Source: Macrostomum lignano
Lineage: Eukaryota
Assembly (NCBI GenBank): GCA_002269645.1
Contig: NIVC01000708.1
Coordinates: forward strand, 372,001-436,000
DNA: 64,000 nt
Direction: 5' to 3'
Below are positions 52,213-62,200 of the stretch, piece by piece. The notes under the pieces were generated by a model. It had not been told where the DNA came from and ran no database searches. It saw only the letters and a program-made list of their open reading frames with translations. The stretch's first letter is position 1. Each line of letters begins with the position of its first letter. Both the position numbers and the translations under genes were made by a program.

Positions 52213-52566
52213 CACTGATTTTATCGGAAATAGAGTCTCTTTTCTGATTTGATATTTGTATTTGTTGCAGCCAACTCAGTCCAAGGAGTCCATTTCTGCC
52301 TAGCCTCCAATGCAGTCAGTTCATTTTATATTACTGGACAAAACTATTGTCGATCGCTATCGACCTCGCTATCGTTGCATCAGTCCATCAGCCAATCAGG
52401 GGAGCGGTTGGGGGGTAGAAAATATAATTGCTACGATTGCCCACCCCACCTCCGCGGCCACTGTATTATTCAGTACGCGTGTATAAGTACATTGCAAAAT
52501 GGGGGGGTGGCAAATTAATAGGCTCGCGCAATACCACAAAATGTACATGCACGATTGAGTTCAAAG

Positions 52567-52771
52567 GGCCTGTCAACTTAAGCTCATAAAGTGGAGCCCG
52601 AGTAACCTATGTACACAAATGCTACGTCATTCTGCTCACGGTGACACTAGGAAGCTGGGTTTGGCAAAAAAACGACGAATACGAGCATATTGGACTTGGG
52701 ATAGCCGGATAGGGGAGGAGAAGCATGGGAATAATTATGGACTCGACTTTATGAGCTTAAGTTGACAGGCC
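52567..52771. mobile_element. MITE-like element with ~30-bp terminal inverted repeats
   Basis: GGCCTGTCAACTTAAGCTCATAAAGTGGAG ... CTCGACTTTATGAGCTTAAGTTGACAGGCC. No clean TSD found. Confidence 0.7.
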
Positions 52772-52834
52772 TTTTAAAACTGAGCCTTCAAGTGTAACTC
52801 GATGGGTGGGTGATGCGTTTTCATTGTTGGGTGA

Positions 52835-52993
52835 CAATGCGCAACCAGAAATTTTTTGAGGATGGGGGGGCGGATTCTGGAGGGTAAAGACCCAAGGGAA
52901 ACGGAGGGGGTGGCTCTGTATTTTGGCTAAAATTTGCTTGGTCTCCGCCTAAGATGGGGGCGACCGCCCTCCCCCCTCCTGGTTGCGCCACTG
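52835..52993. mobile_element. Degenerate hAT-like MITE
   Basis: Right end CTGGTTGCGCCACTG and degenerate left end CAATGCGCAACCAG, with G/C runs inside. No TSD match. A similar orphan end lies near 53360-53393. Confidence 0.45.
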
Positions 52994-54020
52994 GACAATA
53001 GCTACATCAATGAGTTGTGTGGTCTCTGAACTACTCGTAACTTTTCTTGTGCCCTTGATGAGCACCAGAAATTGGGGATTCAACTGCATTATTGGCTGGA
53101 GAACCGAACAAAGATTTCTTACAGTGGTGACCGACGTCAAGTCAGGTGGGGCACCAAAGGCCAAAGCTGAGAGATTCTTGCCTCCTCCTAGCTTAACTGT
53201 AAAAGATTTGCACCATGGAGGTCCCACTCCGTAAGGTAAAAATCTCTAAAGAGATCTTATATTATCAGGTCTTGCAGGACAAAAATACGGGGGCTGGAAT
53301 TTTTCGCTGGCCTTCTTGACATGGACGGATCGAGAAAATTTTTGCATGGCATGCAAGAGGGGGGCCATGCCCCCCCCCTCGGGTCCGCCCCTGCTTCTTG
53401 ATTTCTGATTGAATAGCTAATATACTCGTACATCGACTTTTAGCTTCTAGGTCAATTTGAAATCATTTTAATCATTGCATTCAAGCGAAATCATACGCGA
53501 TATCGATGAGTTCTCGCAATTTCCATGTAGAATTTGTGGAACTATTACTATCCCAAATTCTAAATGCAAAATGGTTTGCTTTCCAATCCGATCTCGCAAA
53601 TAACGTTACCTTTTGAGATTCAATACATTTCTTTCAATAGAGACGATAATGATTCGATTCTTGATTTATTAGAGTGATTACAAGTAGCATATATGTAAGT
53701 AGCCGAAAGCGGGGTGGTTCAAAAAATAATGCTCGCTAATCTTGTCCACCACCAAGAATTCAGCGAGTAGTAGTGAACTTTAGCTTGATAAAAGCCTTTT
53801 TAATAGACAAAATAAATTTGAAGAAGCAAATTCTTAAATGGTACTGATTTTTTAACTAATTTGTCAATATTGGTATCAACTAAATCTTTGTTGTGGGGCT
53901 AAGTTTGGCCCACCCCTCTTGTGTAGGTTGGCGTTACTTTAAGTCAGACTCTAGTATAAAACAGCCTCATTACTAGAGGGACAGAATTGAAAACTATTGC
54001 TATATCCGAGGAACAGTCTG

Positions 54021-54030
54021 GTCACGTGAC
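54021..54030. promoter_or_regulatory. Palindromic E-box GTCACGTGAC upstream of MTA1
   Basis: Perfect USF/TFE (CLEAR-type) palindrome about 155 nt upstream of the MTA1 ATG. Confidence 0.35.
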
Positions 54031-54185
54031 TTCGAGGAAGACCGGCCAAAGGAGTCTGAATTTTCTCAAAAAGACGATATATGAGAACTTCTGGTCATCA
54101 ATTGGATAGTTGACTATTATATTTTACATTTTTTCTTGCATTTTTAGTAAATATCAGCAATAAAAAGAGTTAATTCATCATCAGG

Positions 54186-56225
54186 ATGGCCGCTAACATG
54201 TACCGCGTCGGAGGTAAGAGCCTCATTTCTTTATGCACGCTTACTAACCCATGTTTTTGCGTTCTATTGAATCTGCTAGCACAATTTCATATTAGTAAAG
54301 TTTCAAGCACAAGTTTAAGAGTTTCCTGCTCTTCTTTCTAATAGATATTCTATAATCTACTTTTTATTTAAAAAATACACTTCAAATCATTGGATTTTTC
54401 TCATCTGATGAGCGCACGTAGAGAGCCTCAAAGTCTACCCTTGCAGCTTTTTCTGCCCTGCTTCAGCGCTACGACGGAGCAAAACGAGTGCGAGGGCTAG
54501 ATAGAATAGGCTTAATGCTGCAAGGTGTTAGTTGAGAATGAGAAAGAATGTGTTAGACTAACATTAAGAACTCTTGGCAGATAATAAGATTTATTTATTC
54601 ACCATAGGCTAAACATTTTAAAAAATAAGTCTCACTCACAAAATGATTTAGGAATCAAAGGCATATCATATCTCTAGAACCTATGGCCTATGCCTATGGG
54701 CTATGGCTATGCCTTAGATAAATAGAACCTGCTGTATATGATAGCTAAATTCTAAAGTGTTAAAAAATACAATTTATATTAAACCTATACATTATTATAA
54801 AAATTAGAAAAAATAAAAATTAAAGTAGTATTAAAAATATAATATGCCTATCTATCAGACCTTATAAAGTTATATACAATTTTGTAACCTAACCTATTAT
54901 AGCTAGGCCTATTAGGCCTTAAGCTAAGGCTAAATTTGAAAAAATATATATAGATATGATATTTCAACAAATTATAAATTAGGTCTAAAAGTAAGGCAAA
55001 TACTGAAATAGGTAATTTAAAAGTAACTTTTTCCTTTTTAATAAATATAAATCTTAATTGAAGTCTGTTTTTATAATATATTCCTTTTTCTTTCCTAAGG
55101 ATAGCTTATACCTTTCAACCCTCTAGGAATATAAGTGCATATTAGGATTAATATTGTGGGGGGAGATATTAATCTATATCCAATGTTAGCAATAGAAGCA
55201 AAATACAGAAGCAAAAAAAATTGTCCCCATTTTAAGGGCCAAGGGGGGCATGTCTTTAGTGTCCCCCTATGGCTATATGTATAAATAAAGACTATCTTAA
55301 ACGAAAGCTATAATCAAAGATTTATATACTATAAATTAGGCTAAAAAGAATCATTTTTTATAAACATTTCAAATTCTATTGGCTGCTTTCTATAGTTATT
55401 TATCACTTTTTTAAATTGCTTTTTGATGTAAAAATAATCAATAAAGGCTTTTTGTATTTTTTAGAAATCATAAACCAATGCAATTTTGGCTGAAATTGTA
55501 CATAACTCTTTACCTTCAACTCTTTATCCTCTTTATAATACCAAATCCCAAAGGCCACAATCTTTGCTTTTTATATACCTAACAAAAAAATGGTTTCTTA
55601 TAACCTAGCTCATGATAAGCCTATCACAGTCTACAAAACTTCCTTGAAATAAATCTTTAGCTCCATATTTTATATAATCCATATAGATTTAAAGTAATTC
55701 TTTTATATTGGGACAAGCTGTTGAAACCTGCGGATTTTGAACCTGGGGAATTCCAATACCTGGAACTACTTTTGCATGTATTCTGAAATCTAAGGCCATA
55801 CACAAACAAATTAATGATAGTAGGATAGAGGTAGAAATAAAATGGAGCACATTCGTGTAAAATTAGGGTTTGAGGCAAATGTTGATATTGTTTGCTGGGG
55901 TACTCCACAGAATGCCAGGCAATGTCTGTCTGACTCTAAAACATGTATTGGCAAACTCTGGCCTCTCCCTGACTCTCCCTACGTCCCTTGGATCCTTTAA
56001 AATTTCTATCGTCTCTCTGTTTCCTTTCTTCTCTCTCATCCCTCGTCTCTCCTCTCTCTTCTCTCTTCTCTTCTCTCGTATCTTCCCTCATCTCTCTTCT
56101 CTTTCATCTCTCTTATCTCATCTCTTCCCTATTCTTTTCTCTCTCCTCTCCTCTCTCCTTTCTACTTTTCGTTTTCTCTCTGCTCTCCTCTCTCCTATCT
56201 ACTCTTTCGTTTTCTCTCTCCTCTC

Positions 56226-56275
<50 letters not shown>

Positions 56276-59200
56276 GTCTTTCTCTCTTATCTCTCCTCCT
56301 CTCTCTACTCTCTCCCCTCTCAATTCTCCTCTTTCCTCTCCTCTCTCCTCACTCACTTCTCTACCTTTGTCTCTCCTCTCTCCTCTCGTCTCTGTAACCT
56401 CTCCTCTGTTCTCTCTACTCTCCCATCTCATCTCTGCTCTCTCCTCTCTACTCGCTCCTCTACTCTCTCCTCTTTACTCGCTCTTCTACTCTCTCCTCTT
56501 TACTTGCTCCTCTCTACTCTCTCCTCTCATAGTCCTCTCTCCCTCATCTCTCCTATTATCTTTTATCTTTTCTTTTATCCCCTCTGTCGCTTCTCCTCTC
56601 TTCGAATCGTCTATTCCTTCTTTCCACTCTCATCTGCCCCTCAGCTATGAGCTGGATTCTTTATCTGGCCTTTGAGGTAAAAGTCTGCCCATCCCTGCTT
56701 GGAAAGCCAGTTTGTGGAACGTAGTACTCTCATGGTTGTTCTCATGCTTTGATCACGTCATCTTTCTTGCCAATTTGCAGCCCTGAAAGGAATTTGTGTA
56801 TCTTCAGCTCCACTGCAGTCTGCATCAGTCTAACAACCAAGGAAATACGCATTTCTTAGAAGGCCATTTAATATTTACACAGTACCTTTAAAAGAAACCT
56901 AAAATTTCCATGGTGTGCCTAATTTAGTAGGGTTGTATTGCATTGCATCGCATCGCCTTTTCATAAATCTTTCGCTTTTACAAACCATGCTGGATAGTGG
57001 ATTCCCTCGATTTGCCAATTGCCAATTGCCATCCACTGTTAAACTGCTGCAGAGTTTGCCAATACAGAGGGGAGGGTAGGGATTCCAATCCCGGGATCCC
57101 GGGATCCCGGGATCCCGGGATTGGGGCCAAAAATCCGGGATTTGAATCCCGGGATTTTTTTGGGAATCGAATCCCGGGATTTTTAATCCCGGGATTGCAA
57201 AAGACCGGGATCGGGATCCCGGGATTTCAAGGCCTTAATCCCGGGATTGGTCCGGGATTAGAACGACCTTTCAATGCCTAAATTAGATAATTTAAAGTCT
57301 AAACGTTTATTTGAATAATAAAACATTTATTTGTTTTTGCTGTTTCTCAATGAAACGTTAAACATTTGCAAAGCTCCTGTCCTAATTGAGCTAAAAATTG
57401 TTAATGTGAACTGTAAATTATAGATAATTTTAACTTTTTTTTCGTTTTCTACCACGAGACGAGACTGAGGGCCTTTTCATATTGCTTGCTCTGGTTCCAT
57501 AACAAGAACCAATTTGTGAAGTATAAACTTTTTGTCTCCATAACTAGAGGGAGATACGTGCTATAAAGTTTTTATTATTGAATGACAGTCGCCAAGAAGA
57601 AAGTGAAAAATTGTGCTAAGTGAGGCTGTTAAGGCAGTCAAATATTAACAGAGTTTAATAGTTATACTGCTGTTTTTCTTCGAATTCCGAACCGATTCTG
57701 GTTCTGGAATTGGTAATATGAAAAGGCCCTGAGACTCTGAGAGTCGCGAGACCATGACTACTGCACGCGGCACGCCGCACAGTCCGTCTAGCAATTTAGG
57801 GATTCCAATCCCGGGATCCCGGGATCCCGGGATTGGGGCCAAAAATCCGGGATTTGAATCCCGGGATTTTTTTGGGAATCGAATCCCGGGATTTTTAATC
57901 CCGGGATTGCAAAAGCACCGGGATTCCGGGATTTTGAATCCCGGGATTTCAACAGCATCGGGATTTCGGGACTATTCAATCCCGGGATTGTAAAATGTCG
58001 GGATTTTGGAATCCCTAGGGGAGGGCAGTGGTTAGAATTTCTCACTAAACTGTTATGGCTAAACGTAGCCTCTCCACTCTCGGGGTGCAGAGAAGGTTAT
58101 AAATAAAGTTATTCCAAAACACTGTACATTCGCTATGTACATTCAGTCCTATCGCCTGACCCTTCGTCTGGCTCTGGGGGAATGAGTGAGTGAGTGGCAC
58201 AAACAACAGAAAAAGCAGACAAACTTCACATGCTTACAGTTTCTTTTTTGGTTGAGTTACAGAGTTGAAACTTTACATTTAGACAGAGAATGAGTCAATG
58301 AAGAATTGTGTCAAGTTTGAAGTCAATCGCTTTACGTGGAGCAAACTTATGGCAGTCGAAAGTTAGTCAATTTTGAAACCCATTTTGCACATCTGGGCCC
58401 AGATCGGTATCGGGAAAGAGAGGCAGGCGGGCGGAGGTTGGGGTGGTTGCTACGCTGAAAAAAACAGCCTAACTTTAAAAGTGCACAGCACCGCTCAGGA
58501 TTAACTTTGATACTCGAAATTTTACATGATTGTGCCAAAATAGTTAAAGATTATCTGTGTCAAATTTGAAGAGAATCGGTAGAAGTGGAGCGGCGCTATG
58601 GAGGATTAAGTGAAAAAATCGCGCATTTTGAGCAGTTTTTTGTACTTTTAGGTAGGAAGACTCAAATTTAGGAAATTTTAAGGTAGCCTAAGACATTCTC
58701 CGTAGTAAGTTTAGGGTGGGTGTAAAGTTTGGTGTCATTTGGTTGAGCGGTTTGGGAGTCCATAGCGAAGTAATTTGTCCACAGACAGACAGACAGACAG
58801 AGTTTTGATTTTTATATGTAGAGATTCTTGGGATTTCAAGACTTATATCCATGGTAAATTAATAAATTTTGAGTAATCTGTAAATATGGAGTCTGCAAAG
58901 GCTTAGATTTGACTAAGATTAAGAACTCTTGAGAAGTCAAAGGCCCAACCATGTAAAGGGTATGGTTAGTATTTTATTTGGTTATAAACTTTTGACTAAT
59001 GCTAGCTGGCATCCCAAATTTTGATTTGGCTTGTTAGCCAACTTTAGAATTTGGACCTAGGATGCCAAATGGCACTGCGACTCTGATTATTGAATAAAAT
59101 ATCCAAGTTGTCACTGCTTCCTGAATTTTAAATATAGCATTTTTAAATACAAGCAATCCATGCAATGCGCAGTCACCAATTGATACAGAAGCAACGCCAT

Positions 59201-62200
59201 TCAATTGCAGACTATGTGTACTTCGAGACCTCAGCCTCCGGACCATATCAGATTCGGCGTATTGAGGAGCTTACAAAGACCCCAACTGGCAATGTGGAAG
59301 CCAAGGTTATGTGCTTCTTTAGGCGGCGCGACATTTCTAATAATCTCATTAGCCAAGCTGACAAGCATCTGAGTAAGCGGCGTTGCTTTTCATTTTTTTT
59401 CGACTATCCTATCATTTCATTTAGATCAGAAAATGTAGACAAACTGCAACAGGAATAGTAGAGAGCCTCATTTTGCCTATTTTAACCCTCTTGGGTCTAT
59501 CTGAATGCTGTGTACTCCGGAATAAAGGTAGTAAACGTAGAGAGCCTCATCGTAGCGCCCGAGTGCGTGTGTTAGAGAAAAATTCGCATTAGACGAGATT
59601 TCGATTTTCGTCCAGCGCTGATGGGAAACTCCGATTGAATGGGAAAGTTTCAGCAGCTAGCGAAAGCAATTATTCCTGCTCCAAAAAAAGAACTGGCTTG
59701 TCAAAAGATGAGACAGACTGCTCCAAAGAAAGAACTGGCTTGTCAAGAGATACAGACAGCCTGTCATAGACAAACTGTGAGAAGAGACAGACGATCCACA
59801 GCCGACTTGTTTATTTTATCGTAATTTCGCACGGTTCAAAATCCAGCTTAAGGCTGGTTAATCTCGCTGGACCCTGTCAGTGAGACTGGCAAACAGACAA
59901 GGTGAGACTGGCAAATAGACAGTGAGACTGGCAAACACACAGTGACACTGGCAAACACACAGTGAGACTGGAAAATAGACAGTGAGACTGGCAAATAGAC
60001 AGTGTGAGACTGGCAAACACACAGTGAGACTGGCAAATAGGCAGTGTGAGACTGGCAAATAGGCAGTGTGAGACTGGCAAATAGACAGTGTGAGACTGGC
60101 AAACACACAGTGAGACTGGCAAATAGGCAGTGTGAGACTGGCAAATAGACAGTGTGAGACTGGCAGGCATCACATTAAACCTCGACCGACCGACTGACAG
60201 CAGACGAAAGCACCTCTCGGGGAGCATCTCTCCGCCAGAAAAGCTTCCTACAGACGAGCCGTGCCTAATAGAGTCTTCCCTCCTCCCCTAGGCCTGGACG
60301 ATGAGCCATCGGCAGCTGGCGAAGCCGAGGCGGCCAGCTCCGAGCCCAGCGGCGGAGGCCTCACGGAAGTTCAGCGGCACCAGCTGCGCCATCGAGAGCT
60401 GTTCCTATCCCGCCAGGTGGAGACCCTACCGGCCACAACCATCCGGGGAAAGTGCGCCGTGACCCTGCTGAACGAGACCGAGGCCCTGACCTCCTATCTG
60501 GCCAGGGACGACGCCTTTTATTACACCCTGACCTACGACACCGCGCAGAAGAGTTTACTGGCCGATCGCGGCGAAATCCGGGTCGGCGGCCGCTACCAGG
60601 CCGAGGTTCAACCGTTGCTAGGCGACGGAGAATCCGACGGCCGCGACCTGGCCCAGCTGGAGGAGCTGGTCTGGCGGCCAGATCACGGCCTGTCCGATGC
60701 CGACATTGACAAGTACCTGCTGGTGGCTCGGTCGGTAGGCTGCCTGGCCCGAGCTGTGGACGCCTGCAGCTCGGTGCGTCAGCCCGGACTGGCGGCTGCT
60801 GCGGCCGCGGCTAGTCGCGACTACACCCAGGTTTGTGGCAGGCTTACTTGGGCTTCCGGCGCTCTAGAGATATGAAATTCAATAAATAGGGATTTGGGTC
60901 CTCGGGACATTAATAATTCGGGATATAGGATGCGAGGAATCACTGGGATTCGGAAATTAAGATTCAATAGGGGATTCCGGGATTAGAATTCGAGATCTGG
61001 GGTTCGGGGATTAGGATTCGGAACCTGGGATTCGGGATCTGGGATTTGGGATTAGGATTCGGAACCTGGGATTAGGGGATTTTGATTCGGGATCTGGGAT
61101 TTGGGATTAGGATTCGGAACCTGGGATTCGGGATCTGGGATTTGGGATTAGAATTCGGAACCTGGGATTCGGGATCTGAGATTTGGGATTAGGATTCGGA
61201 ACCTGGGATTCGGGATCTGAGATTTGGGATTAGGATTCGGGATTAGGATTCGGAACCTGGGATCCCGGATCTGAGATTTGGGATTAGGATTCGGAACCTG
61301 GGATCCCGGATCTGAGATTTGGGATTAGGATTCGGGATTATGGATTAAAATTCGGGATTTGGGATTAGGATTCGGAACCTGGGATCCCGGATCTGAGATT
61401 TGGGATTAGGATTCGGGATTTGGGATTAGGATTCGGAACCTGGGATTTGGGATTAGGATTTGGAACCTGGGATTTGGGATTAGGATTCGGAACCTGGGAT
61501 TCGGGATCTGAGATTTTGAATTAGGATTCGGGATTTGGGATTAGGATTCGGAACCTGGGATTCCGGATCTGAGATTTGGGATTAGGATTCGGGATTTGAG
61601 ATTAGGATTCGGAACCTGGGATTTGGGATTAGGATTCGGAACCTGGGATTCGGGGATTTGGATTCGGGATTTGGGATTAGGATTCGGAACCTGGGATTTG
61701 GGATTAGGATTCGGAACCTGGGATTCGGGGATTTGGATTCGGGATTTGGGATTAGGATTCGGAACCTGGGATTTGGGATTATGATTCGGAACCTGGGATT
61801 CGGGGATTTGGATTCGGGATTTGGGATTAGGATTTGGGATTAGGATTTGGGATTAGGATTCGGATTCTGGGATTTGGGATTAGGATTCGGGATCTGGGAT
61901 TAAGGGATTGGGATTCGGAATCTGGGGTTCGGGATTTTGATTCGGGATCTGGGATTAGGGAATTAGGATTCGGAATCCGAGACTTGAAGAAGAGGCTTGG
62001 TGAGTTCGTAGTTTTAGATTAGCATCCCTGTATTTGTTAGTGACTTTATGACTTCTACAGCACAAAAGCATCAAACCGCCTCAAACTCGGCATTTCCAGG
62101 CCCACGCCTACCGAATGCTGCACTCGTCCAAGTACGATCTGGGCCGGGCCTTCTGCCGGCTGGTGACCGACTCTGGGCCCGTGCTGTGCCGCGACCAGCT

